NCBI GenBank assembly: GCA_963707985.1
Contig: CAVPRW010000017.1
Location: 160,001-224,000 of the forward strand
DNA length: 64,000 bases
Source of the DNA: an uncultured Nitrospinota bacterium
GTDB lineage: Bacteria; Tectomicrobia; Entotheonellia; J063; CAVPRW01
Direction: 5' to 3'
Below are positions 22,318-33,041 of the stretch, in pieces. Made by a program: the position numbers and the translations under genes. Every line of letters begins with the position of its first letter. Position 1 is the first letter of the stretch. The notes beneath the pieces were generated by a model. The model was not told the DNA's origin, did not search any database, and worked only from the letters and a program-made list of their open reading frames with translations.

Positions 22318-23343
22318 ATGGCAACTGCTCACGACCATCCCCCAGCACGCTCGTATGACATTGCTGCCTGGCTGCTCACTGGTGGGGCACTACTCCTCGT
22401 GCTGCTGCTCCATTTATTGCCGGCGTTCCTCGCGGGACTCTTCGTCCACGAACTGGTGCACGTCCTGGCCCCCCGGCTCAAGATGGTCCGGATTCGTCAG
22501 GAGCAAGGCAAGCTCGCCGCCGTCGCGATCCTGGCCCTGGGGGTCGTGCTCCTCCTCACGCTCGCCGTGGTGGGGATCATCGCCTTCTTTCGCAGTGAGG
22601 CGGGCAGCCTGCCGACGCTCTTGCATCAGATGGCCGATATCCTGGAGCGATGGCGGACGGTGCTGCCGGCCAGGGTGGTGGCGTATCTTCCAGAGGACGT
22701 GGAGGCATTGAGGGCGACCACTGTGGCCTGGTTGCGTACACATGCGGGAGCCCTGCCGCACGCGGGCGCAGCGGTGGGACGCACCTTGGCACACATCCTG
22801 ATTGGGTTGGGGATCGGCGCCTTGGTGGCGCTGTATGACGCCCAGCCCCCCGAGACCGTCGGGCCGCTCGCGCATGCGCTGCAGGAGCGCGCCAGCCGCC
22901 TCGGCGAGGCGTTCCGCCGCGTGGTGTTCGCTCAGGTGCGCATCTCGGCCGTCAACACGATTCTGACCGCATTGTATCTGATCGTTGCCCTCCCCCTGGT
23001 GGGCGTCCATCTGCCGCTGGCCAAAACGATGCTGGCCGTCACATTCGTCGTGGGGCTCCTCCCGGTGGTCGGGAATCTCCTCTCCAATACCGTCATCGTG
23101 ATCCTGAGCCTCAGCGTCTCACCGGCGGTGGCGGTCGCCTCGCTCGTCTTCCTCGTCGTCATCCACAAACTCGAGTATGTTCTGAATGCGCACCTCGTCG
23201 GCACCCAGGTGCAGGCGCATGCCTGGGAGTTGCTACTCGCCATGCTCGTCATGGAGGCCGCCTTCGGTATCCCTGGGCTCATTGCAGCCCCGATTTATTA
23301 CGCCTACCTCAAGTCTGAGCTCGTGAGCCGCAAGCTGGTATAG
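22318..23343 (+). CDS. AI-2E/PerM family membrane transporter
   Basis: Multi-TM; LLPVVGNLLSN, IHKLEYVLNAHLVG, FGIPGLIAAP. Confidence 0.85.
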   Translation: MATAHDHPPARSYDIAAWLLTGGALLLVLLLHLLPAFLAGLFVHELVHVLAPRLKMVRIRQEQGKLAAVAILALGVVLLLTLAVVGIIAFFRSEAGSLPTLLHQMADILERWRTVLPARVVAYLPEDVEALRATTVAWLRTHAGALPHAGAAVGRTLAHILIGLGIGALVALYDAQPPETVGPLAHALQERASRLGEAFRRVVFAQVRISAVNTILTALYLIVALPLVGVHLPLAKTMLAVTFVVGLLPVVGNLLSNTVIVILSLSVSPAVAVASLVFLVVIHKLEYVLNAHLVGTQVQAHAWELLLAMLVMEAAFGIPGLIAAPIYYAYLKSELVSRKLV

Positions 23344-23399
23344 GAGAGTTGCGCCCTCTCGAAGGGCTTGCGATCATTACCAGCGCTCATGCCACCAGG

Positions 23400-23610
23400 G
23401 GAGGGCCATCTGTTCAGGCCTGGAGCGAGGGCTGCACCACCCGATTCCAGCATGGCGCATCCTCAAAGCCGAGGACGCAATCCGGGTGCTTCGGTCCGAG
23501 ACGGATCAGACGATCTCTGCGGGCTTTCTTCGCCACGTCATGAGAATGGGGGCCGGTCATCCAGAATTTGGCCCGCTTCCAGCTCATCCCGACCCGGGCC
23601 CAAAGTATCG
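23400..23610 (-). mobile_element. IS630-family transposase remnant
   Basis: My translation: MSWKRAKFWMTGP...KKARRDRLIRL...HPDCVLGFED..W.R..QPSLQA*, matching the IS630 HTH-DDE linker pattern WKRAK.W..SPDP...KK..RDRL. Confidence 0.65.
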
Positions 23611-24523
23611 CGAATAGTTAGGCGCTTAGTTGTCGCAGCGTGATCCGGAACTCGAAACGGACCTCTGCTCAGGACTGAATTGTGCCGGCTTTCGGGTTAG
23701 AGGCCGGCGCTCAGCCTTAATGAGGGAGAAATTAGGCAGTCTCATCCTTGAGTCTATGCTGAGGGGTGCGCCCCCGGACCGCAGCACCAATGTTGCAGCC
23801 TGAACGCTGATTCAAAAGACTTTAGATGATTCATATTAGAGATGTAATCTCATTGTTGATAATTTTCGGTAAATGCTCATGCTGGCTTGCATAAATGCTG
23901 TGCAGTTCCCCCGGGTGAACTCAGAGTTGAGACAGCATTCCCGTTTCTTCGTGGTCTGCCGTGCTCGCGATAGCTGCGGGCTGGTGGACCCCCAATACCC
24001 AGCCGCAGCAATAAGTAGCTCAGACATGAGAATGGGCTCCGCTACGGCATTAATCTTGCTCAATGTAAACTGACAGTCAGAGCCTGATTGTTGAGACGCA
24101 CCCATTCCAACGCATTCTAACGCGTCCCTTCGAGGCGCAAAAGCTCCATGCGAAGAGGCTTGGGGCACGACTCTCAGCTGTCCTTCGCCGGGGTAGACCT
24201 GACGGTTGGATGATATCAGCTGTGGCGCTCATTCCTGGAGGAGCACTTTGCTATCCTAGCGGCCAGAACTTTGTGGTGGCGCGGGAGGGTGAGACGCCCA
24301 ATGGAGCAGGCCTTTCCCATCGGACTGCCCAGTCAGCGACCAGCTCCCGTTCTCACGGCGGCGATGGACCTTGACCGCCCGACGGGCGGTGTTGTCGGGT
24401 TTATGGATGAATGGTTATTACGTATTTCGGCAAAACTTGGAGGGAGCATCATCAGGGAAATAGCCGGTATCACGCCGCGAATCGCTGGGGTGCAGCAGCT
24501 CCATGGGTAGCGCGGCAGCATGA

Positions 24524-24539
24524 GGGCAGTGCAATTGCC
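24524..24539 (+). promoter_or_regulatory. Candidate sigma54 promoter for prkA-yeaH-spoVR
   Basis: GGGCAGTGCAATTGCC (GG-N10-GC with CA...TT), about 47 bp before ATG 24586. Confidence 0.5.
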
Positions 24540-24585
24540 GCTCACGCCCATAGCGCGCAGCAATGGTGAGGCAAGGAAGGAATTA

Positions 24586-26491
24586 ATGGACGACATCTTC
24601 AAGAAAATCGATGAACACACCCAGAAGTATCGTGTGAGTCATTGGGACGGCACTTTCCGCGACTATCTCCCGATGGTGCTTGAGAACCCCAAGCTCGCGC
24701 AACTGGCCCATGCTCGCATCTACGATATGGTCCGCTCCTACGGTGTGGACATAGACGACCAGGGGAATGAACGCTTCCACTTCTTCGCACGGGAACTCTT
24801 TGGGATTGACGAGGCGCTGGCGAAAGTGGTGGAATACCTCAAAGCAGCTGCTACCGGCTCAGATGTCGGCAAGCGCGTTCTGATGCTGTACGGCCCCCCT
24901 TCATCCGGCAAGAGTCAACTGGCGATCTTGCTCAAACGCGGCTTGGAGGCATCTACGCATACCGACAGCGGCGCCGTCTATGCCATCACGGATTGTCCAC
25001 AGCATGAAAATCCCCTGCATCTCATCCCGCACCCGTTGCGGCAGGACCTCCTGGATGACTATGGCATCTACATCGAGGGGGAGCTGTGCCCGATGTGTGC
25101 GCTCAATCTCCGGGACAAATACGACAAGGACATCTACCGCGTGCCGGTCCAGCGCATCTTCTTTTCGGAAAAGGATCGGACGGCCATCGGCACCTTCGTG
25201 CCGTCGGATCCCAAGAGTCAGGACATCTCTGAGCTGGTGGGCAGCATCGATCTGGCCACCGTCGGCGAATTCGGCGCGGAATCCGACCCGCGGGCGTATC
25301 GCTTCGACGGCGAGCTCAACATCGCCAACCGCGGCATGATTGAGTTCATCGAGATGCTCAAGGCCGACGAGCGCTTTCTCTATATCCTCCTCACGCTCAC
25401 CCAGGAGAAGAACATCAAGACCGGCCGCTTCTCGCTGATCTATGCCGATGAGTTCGTCATCGCCCACACCAACGAGGCCGAGTTCAAAGAATTTCTGGCC
25501 GACAAGAAATCCGAAGCGCTGCAGGATCGCATGATCATGGTGCAGATGCCCTACAATCTGCGCGCCTCCGCTGAGGTGAACATCTATGAGAAGCTCTTGA
25601 AACGGGCCAGCCTCGGCACGATTGCACATCGCGCCGCATGCGCTGGAGGTGGCCGCCATGTTCGCCGTCCTGTCGCGCCTGGAAGAGCCGAAGATGGCGG
25701 GGCTGACGCTGGTCAAGAAAATGCGCCTGTACGACGGGCAGGAGGTCGAGGGCTTCCGGCAAAAGGACATCAAGCTGATCAAAGCCCAGACCGAGCGCGA
25801 GGGCATGGATGGCATCTCGCCGCGCTTTGTCATCAACCGCATCTCCTCCTCGCTGATCCGGCCCAATACCAAGTGCATCAATCCCATCGACGTCTTACGC
25901 GCCATCAAGGATGGCTTCGATACGTACAGCGCGTTCAAGCGTGAGGACCGGGAGAAGCTCGATAATTTGATCGCCGACGTGCGCCGCGAATACGACGAAA
26001 TCGCCAGGAACGACGTGCAGAAGGCCTTTTTTGTGTCCTTCGAGCAGGAAGCCTTGACGTTGCTCGACAATTATCTCGACCATGTCGAGGCCTATCTCGA
26101 CGATAAGAAACTCATGGATCCCCTGACGGAGGAAGAGCGCGAGCCCGATGAGAAGCTGATGCGCTCCATCGAAGACAAGGTGAAAGTTCCCGAAAGCGGC
26201 AAAGACGCCTTCCGCAACGAGATCTTTCGCAAGGTCGCGATGGCCCAGCGCCGCGGCGAACACTTCGACTACACGACGCATGAAAAACTGAAAGAAGCCA
26301 TCGAAAAACAGCTCTTCGAGGAGCGGCGGGATACGATCAAGTTGACCGTGTCGACGCGCAATCCGGATCAGGATCAACTCCGCAAGATCAACGAGGTGGT
26401 CGACACCCTCGTGCGCAAGGAGAGCTATTGCGCCGAATGTGCCAACGAGCTGCTGAAATACGTGAGTAGCTTGCTGGCGCGGGAGAAGTAA
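24586..26491 (+). CDS. prkA: PrkA/YeaG family AAA+ serine protein kinase, frameshift ~25620
   Basis: GPPSSGKS, SDPKSQDISELVG, FDGELNIANRG, EALQDR; C-terminal HIAPHALE...EGMDGISPRF in the shifted frame; AAGGAAGG RBS. Confidence 0.92.
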
Positions 26492-26493
26492 CG

Positions 26494-27681
26494 ATGTCAG
26501 ACATCCCGTGGGACCTGCGGCGGCGGGCCCTCAAAGACAGCATCCGCCACGACACGCGCGTCAAGGACGCCATTCGCAAAAACCTCAAGGAGCTCATCGC
26601 CGAGGAGAATATCATCACCTCCGACGGTCGGAAGCTGGTGAAAATCCCCCTGCGCTACCTCGATCAGTACCGCTTCCGCTTTGGCCAGATGGGGAGTGGG
26701 ACGGGACAGGGGAAGGGCCACGTGGGTGATGTCATTGCGCGCGAGAGCGACCGCGGTGACGGCAGCGAGCAGCCGGGAGATCAGCCGGGCGAGCAGGTCT
26801 ATGAGGCCGAAATCTCGGTAGAAGAACTGACGCGCATGATGTTAGAGGACCTGGCGCTGCCGTGGCTCGAGGACAAGGAAACGCAGCAAATCACCACGAA
26901 CACGTATAACTTCGACGATGTGCGCCGCAAGGGCTCGATGGCTAATCTGGATAAAAAGCGCACGTTGCTCGAAAACCTGAAACGCCATGCCGCAGACGGA
27001 CAGCCCAAGGTTGGAGGATTTCGCGATGCCGATCTGCGCTTCAAGGTGTGGAACGTGCGCGAGGAGCATCACTCCAACGCGGCGGTGTATCTCTTGATGG
27101 ATCGTAGTGGCTCGATGACCACCGGGAGGAAATACATCGCCAAGAGCTTTTTCTTCTGGCTCGTACGCTTCCTCAAGCTGAAATATCAAACCGTGGACAT
27201 GGTGTTCATCGCCCACGACACCGAGGCGCAGGTCGTCCCGGAGCAGGATTTTTTCACTATTAGCAACAGCGGCGGCACCATGTGCTCCTCCGCTTACCGG
27301 GTGGCTCTGGAGCACATCCAGCAGTACCATCCGCAGCCGCGCTGGAACAACTATGTCTTTCACTTCTCGGATGGCGACAATTGGCACGACGATGATGCGC
27401 GCTGCAAGGCGCTCGTCACCCAGCTCCTCGATCATGTAGCGATGATAGGGTATGGGGAGATTCACTACCAGGACGAATCCACCTTCTATGGGTGGGGCAC
27501 GTCGTTCAATTCGGCATGGAGTACCCTACACAAAGAGCTGAGTACGATCGCGCATCCGCGATTTAATACCGTGGCCATCAAGCAGAAGGCAGACGTGTAC
27601 CAGGCTTTGCAGACCTTCCTCGGGAGACGCGAGGGGGCGGGTAGCCTCTCCGAGCCGGGCCACATCACTCCTTCTGCATAA
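26494..27681 (+). CDS. yeaH: YeaH/YhbH (DUF444) vWA-domain protein
   Basis: MDRSGSM, FIAHDTEA, SGGTMCSS, FHFSDGDNW; located after prkA. Confidence 0.9.
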   Translation: MSDIPWDLRRRALKDSIRHDTRVKDAIRKNLKELIAEENIITSDGRKLVKIPLRYLDQYRFRFGQMGSGTGQGKGHVGDVIARESDRGDGSEQPGDQPGEQVYEAEISVEELTRMMLEDLALPWLEDKETQQITTNTYNFDDVRRKGSMANLDKKRTLLENLKRHAADGQPKVGGFRDADLRFKVWNVREEHHSNAAVYLLMDRSGSMTTGRKYIAKSFFFWLVRFLKLKYQTVDMVFIAHDTEAQVVPEQDFFTISNSGGTMCSSAYRVALEHIQQYHPQPRWNNYVFHFSDGDNWHDDDARCKALVTQLLDHVAMIGYGEIHYQDESTFYGWGTSFNSAWSTLHKELSTIAHPRFNTVAIKQKADVYQALQTFLGRREGAGSLSEPGHITPSA

Positions 27682-27737
27682 TAGGCGGTGAGCTCAGAGT
27701 GAGGGGCGCACTAACGGCTGTTAAGCAAGGTGGGGCA

Positions 27738-29141
27738 ATGGATAATCCGCGTTTCGACGAATTGCGTGAGCTGGCGCGACGGTTAGGGCTCGATTTCTTC
27801 GAGGTGATGTTCGAAGTCGTGCCACAGGATATCATGTCTGAAATCGCCGCCTATGGCCTGCCGACGCGGGCCAGACACTGGTCCTATGGCAAGGTCTACA
27901 ACCGGCAGCGCGTGCACGGGCAGATGGGGCTCTCCAAGATCTACGAGATCGTCCTCAACAATGCTCCCGCATACGCTTTTCTGCTGGATACCAACTCCGA
28001 AGTCGCCAATTTGCTCGTCGCTGCCCATGTGTATGCCCACTGCGACTTCTTCAAGCAGAACGTGTACTTCGCACCTACCAACCGCAATATGGTTAATGTG
28101 GCGGTCGAGCATGCGCTACGCATCGATGAGTACATCGACCGCTATGGCCTCGACCGGGTCGAACGGGTGATGGATATCGCCTTCGCCGTTGACCGCCACA
28201 TCGACTTTCATAAAGGGCTGGTGCGAAAGCCGTACCCTATGCGGGAGGTGATCGAACGGGAGCGTAAGATGCACACGTATGCCGACCTGTTCGGGGAGGA
28301 TGAGTGGTCGCTGACGAAAGTGGTCGTCGGCGACCACTTTCCCCCGCATCCCGAAAAAGATCTCCTCTGGTTCTTCGCCCGCTACGCTCCAATCGAGCCC
28401 TGGGAGCGAGATGTCCTGGAGATCATTCGCGAGGAATCATACTATTTTTACCCGCAGTTCGAGACGAAGATTCTCAATGAAGGCTGGGCCACTTATTGGC
28501 ACGCCGAAATTCTCCACCAGTACTCTGGGGTGTCTCCCAGTGAGACGATCGACTTTGGCGTGCTACATGCCGGCGTTGTGAACCCCGGACACCCCATGAG
28601 CATCAACCCCTATTACCTCGGCTACCGCCTGCTCGTCGATGTCGAGCGTCGGTGGGATAAGTTGTATGCCGCGGGAAAATCGCCCATTACAGGCCGACAG
28701 AAGCTTTTCGAGATTCGCTCCCAAGACAATGACCTCTCATTTCTCGCCAACTATCTGACGCAGGAGTTAGCGGACGAGCTGGCGCTCTTCGCGTATGGAA
28801 ATGCTTGTGAGCATGAGCCTCAGGGCTCCAAGAAGTGCGAGAAATGCGGCGAACTCACAGTCAAGAGTCGAAAGGTCGAGGATGTCCTCCATAGCCTTCT
28901 AGCGCCGCGCTACAACTACGGTGTGCCGAGAATCGTTATCACCAATGTGAGTGACGATGGGAGCCTGCTGCTGGAGCACGAGTGCAATGATCGAGGTCCG
29001 CTTGACCTCAAGTATACTGAAAAGACCTTAGAATATTTGCACGAACTTTGGAGGAAGCCCATTCATTTGAAGACCTTCAATAGCCAGGTGGAGGCCATTA
29101 CGCTATCCTGTACCGCTTCGGGCATCGAGATCAGCAAGTAG
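27738..29141 (+). CDS. spoVR: SpoVR/YcgB family protein
   Basis: YGLP.R..HWSYGK, KIYEIVLN, AHVYAHCDFF, ETKILNEGWATYWH, NPYYLG. Confidence 0.92.
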   Translation: MDNPRFDELRELARRLGLDFFEVMFEVVPQDIMSEIAAYGLPTRARHWSYGKVYNRQRVHGQMGLSKIYEIVLNNAPAYAFLLDTNSEVANLLVAAHVYAHCDFFKQNVYFAPTNRNMVNVAVEHALRIDEYIDRYGLDRVERVMDIAFAVDRHIDFHKGLVRKPYPMREVIERERKMHTYADLFGEDEWSLTKVVVGDHFPPHPEKDLLWFFARYAPIEPWERDVLEIIREESYYFYPQFETKILNEGWATYWHAEILHQYSGVSPSETIDFGVLHAGVVNPGHPMSINPYYLGYRLLVDVERRWDKLYAAGKSPITGRQKLFEIRSQDNDLSFLANYLTQELADELALFAYGNACEHEPQGSKKCEKCGELTVKSRKVEDVLHSLLAPRYNYGVPRIVITNVSDDGSLLLEHECNDRGPLDLKYTEKTLEYLHELWRKPIHLKTFNSQVEAITLSCTASGIEISK

Positions 29142-29184
29142 CGCGTACGGCTCTATGGCCCTGACAAGGCTGAAGCGGCGCCCA

Positions 29185-29514
29185 GGGATTCGAGCACATG
29201 GCGGGGGAACCCCGTCAGCTCATCCAGAAAGAGCACGCCATTATGGGCCAGCGACACCTCACCCGGCATTGGCACGTGGCCGCCACCGATCAGACCCACA
29301 TCCGAGATGGTATGATGGGGTGCGCGAAACGGGAGGGTCGTGACCAACGCCGTACGGTCCCCGGTGAGGCCAGCGACGCTGTGGATGCGCGTGGTCTCGA
29401 TGGCCTCGGCCAGGGTCATCGCCGGCAAGATGGTGGTGAGTCGCCGTGCCAGCATCGATTTGCCCGCCCCAGGGGGACCGAGCAGGAGGACGTTGTGGGC
29501 AGAACGCCTGCATC
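29185..29514 (-). pseudogene. comM: comM/yifB fragment, copy 3 (best preserved; Walker A to Walker B)
   Basis: [20 protein letters not shown]...[17 protein letters not shown]...[17 protein letters not shown]; lacks the N-terminal Lon-like and C-terminal parts. Confidence 0.9.
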
Positions 29515-29601
29515 GTCTTCGGCTTCGGCAATACCGACGGGGTGCCGACGGCCAGGACCGCTGCCCCACGTTTGGAGCAACCGTCAGGGGAAAGGCCCCG
29601 A

Positions 29602-32600
29602 TCATGAGAGCGCCTCCAGCAGGGTTTTGGCTTCCTGGAGGTCGGCGGTATCAAAACCCTCGGTGAACCAGCCGTAGATCGGGGCCAGTAGCTCATGAGC
29701 CTCAGCCCGCTTGCCCTGCTGCTGCCACAGGCGGCTCAGGCTCACTGCCGCCCGCAGCTCCCAGGATTTGGCCTGCTGGCGATGGGCAATGTCGAGGGCG
29801 TGTTGAAAACACGTGCTCCGCCTCTCGCCTGAGGCGCTGCAGACTGGCTGCAGCAGCTCGCCCTTGAGCCGATACAGCTCCGCCTCGTACCAGCGCTCTG
29901 CCGTGTTGTCCGCCACCGCGAGTGCTTCTGCCAGCAGGCGCAGCCCTTCGTCTATGTGCTCTGCTTGCCCACACGCTTCGGCCAGGAGGGCGAGAGTATA
30001 GGGCACGAGCAGCTCTGTCCCCATCGCGCGTGCGGCCGCGAGGCCCTGGTACATCTGCGCCAGGCCCTCCGCTGTCTGTCCCTGCGTCGCCAGCGCCCAG
30101 CCGCGCAGGATTGTCGCCCACGCCAGGTAGAGGGGAGACCCCTGCTCCGTACAGAGCGCGATCAGGGTCTCTGCCCGTTCCTGCGTGGCCCGCCCCTCCC
30201 GACGGACTTGATGGCCAATGGTCACATTGTGCAGGGCATGCACCAGCGTGAAGGCGTGTGCCAGGTCCTGGGCCCGGGTGAGCGCTGCCTGATACTGCTG
30301 TCGAGCCTGCTCCGGATAGCCCAATAGCCCCAGGCTATGGGCCACATAGAGGCGGCAATTCACGCCGGGGTCGATCCCGTAGAGGAAGAGAGGGCTGCGA
30401 TGCTGCTGGGGATCGTACAGGGCGAGCCCTTGCTCCGGTGCGTGTGGGCGAGCGCACACTCGCCCTGCCAGAATAAGGTGACCGCCAGAGCCTGATGGGC
30501 GGCCAGGAGTTGGGCGGGGTCGTGTCCACGCTGGGCCAGCCGCAGGAGCTGTTCCCCCAGTTCGCGCGCCGTCTGGCACACTCCCCGCACTAAATAAAAC
30601 CGCCAGAGCCCGAGCAGCACCGGGAAGAGCTGTGGGGTCTCGCCGAGCTGCTGGCAGAGTTCCCGTGCCCGGGCGTAGGCGTGTTCCACTTCTGGAGCCG
30701 CCTGGCCCTTGATGGCCATCAAGGCGGGCCCCAGGGTGGTCTGCACCAGCAGCTCCTGCTGGGTGCGCGCAGGCGTAGGCGGCAAGGTCCTGAGCAGCGC
30801 TAATGCCGTGGTGAGATGGCTGATCGCTTCCGATTCGCCGAGCGCTCGATGGCCCGCTGGCCGGCCCGCTGCCAGTAGGCCATCGCCTGCTCGGTGAGGC
30901 CCGCCTCGCGTGTAGTGATGCGCCAGCAGCTCGGGCTGCGTCTCGGCGGTCTCGGGAAAGCGCTCTTCCAACACCTGGGCAATGCGCTGATGGTACTGCT
31001 GCCGGGTACTCTTCAGCAACGACTGATAGGCGGCATCCTGGATCAGGGCATGCTTGAAGAGGTATGTCGCCTGCGGCGGCAGCCCCTGCTGATACAGGAA
31101 CTCCGCCTCCACCAACTGGTGCAGCCCACGCTGCAAGGTCCCCTCGTCCCACGGCGAGACGGCCTGCAGCAGGTCATAGGAAAACTCGCGCCCCAGCGTC
31201 GCCCCGAGTTGCGCCAGGCCCTTCACCGTCGCCAGGCGATCCAGCCGCGCCATCAGCGAGTCGTGCAGCGTGGCGGGAATGGCCAGCGGCGGCAGGGGAC
31301 CGGTCAGCTCATAGCGCTCCTCCCGCTCCTGGAGCAGACCGGACTCCAGCACCATCTTGGTCAACTCCTCCACAAACAGCGGCACCCCATCGGTCTTGGC
31401 CACCACCTGCTCCACGACCTCCGCCGGGAGCGCCTTGCCGTGCGCCACCCGGCCGGTCATCTCTGCCGCCTGGCGCCGCGGCAAGCGGGTCAGCGTCACC
31501 TGGGTGAGGTGCGAGCGCCCCGTCCAGGGCGGGCTGAAGTCGGGCCGAAAGGTCAACAGCGCCAGGATGCGAGCGGTGGGGCCTTGATCGACCAGGAGGC
31601 TGAGCAACTCCAGCGTGGACGGATCGACCCAGTGCAGGTCTTCCATGACAAAGAGCACCGGCTGCTGGGCGGCGATGCGCAGGAAGATCGTCAGGAGGGC
31701 TTGCAGGGTCTTCTGCTTCTGCTGCTCGGGCGACATGGTCAGAGGGGCATAGTCGGCAGCCAGCGGCAGGGAGAGGAGGGCGGCAAAGAGGGGCACGGCC
31801 TCTGCCAGCGGCAGGCCATACTGCACCACGAACCCCTCCAGTTTGCTGAGCTTCTGCTCAGGGGACTCCTCCCGCTCGAAGCGCAGCGCCACCCGCTCCA
31901 GCAGATCGATCATCGGATACAAGGCGGTGTTCTGGTAATAGGGCGAACACTGACACGGCGTCAGCCACGCCTGGGGCTCGGTGGCCACCTGTTCCTTCAG
32001 CACCTGCACGAGGCGCGATTTGCCAATGCCCGCTTCGCCGCTGAGCAGCACCACCTGCCCGAGGCCGTCCTTGACCTGCGCCCAGCGCTCCCGCAGCAGC
32101 CCCACTTCCTGCTCGCGGCCCACGAGCGGGGTCAGGCCGGTGCTGCCGGCCGCTTCCAGGCGACTGCGGGCCGTACTCTCATACAGTACCTGATAGACCT
32201 CCAGCGGCTGGGCAACGCCCTTCAGGACCGGGGTGCCGAGCGACTGGCAGGCAAAGAAGCCGCCGAGCAGCGGCACGGTGGCGGCACTGATCACCAGGGT
32301 ATTGGGTGCGGCGATCCCTTGCAGGCGGGCGGCGAGGTTGGGGGTCTCGCCGAGGGCCAACTGTTCCTGCCTCGCCCCGCCCCCCATCTCACCCACCACC
32401 ACCAGACCGGTATGGATTCCCAGGCGCACCGCCAGCTGCACTCCTCGCTCATGCCCCAGGCGGGTATTGAGTTGTCCCATGGCCTCAACCATGCCCAGCC
32501 CGGCCCGCACCGCCCGCTGCGCATCGTCTTCGTGCGCCTGAGGATAGCCAAAGTAGACCAGCAGGCCATCGCCGAGATACTGCGCGATATGCCCCTCAAA

Positions 32601-33041
32601 GCGGGCGATCACCTTGGCGCAGGTGTCCTGATAGGCCCGCACCACCTCACGCCAGTCTTCTGGGTCGAGCTGGCTGGCCAGGACAGTCGAGTCCACCAGG
32701 TCGCAGAACAGCACGGTGAGCTGGCGGCGTTCGGCCTCTGGGGCACGCTGGGCGGCTCGTGGAGAGCCACTCTGGGCAGATGGCTCTTCCACCCGTTCAG
32801 TCACCTGCGCTGGTTGCCCGGGCCTCGGGGTGGGTGTTGGCGTGGCACTCACCCTAGCTGTCCACACGAGACCCGGCCCATCCTCTTCAACAGCCCCCTG
32901 GTGTGCATAGAGCAGTTCTTCCTTGAGCGCGTCGAGTTCCTCGTCATCCAGGTGGAACTGGACCTTCAGCGCTCGATAGGACACCCGTCCTCGGCTGTGG
33001 AGGAGGTCGACGATCTGATCCAGCACCGCATAGAAGTCCAT
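29602..33041 (-). CDS. Class III adenylate/guanylate cyclase-AAA(STAND)-TPR protein with wHTH-like N-terminal module (gene A), several frameshifts in the TPR region
   Basis: [68 protein letters not shown]...GFDTADL. Confidence 0.88.

Noticed and set aside
23620..24510. Short ORFs in lower-GC DNA upstream of prkA
   Set aside because: No recognisable domain or RBS-supported ORF; could be decayed foreign DNA but cannot be supported.
29153..29605. 150-aa ORF as a functional Mg-chelatase/ComM protein
   Set aside because: Covers only Walker A to Walker B with a non-homologous N-terminus; treated as a fragment.
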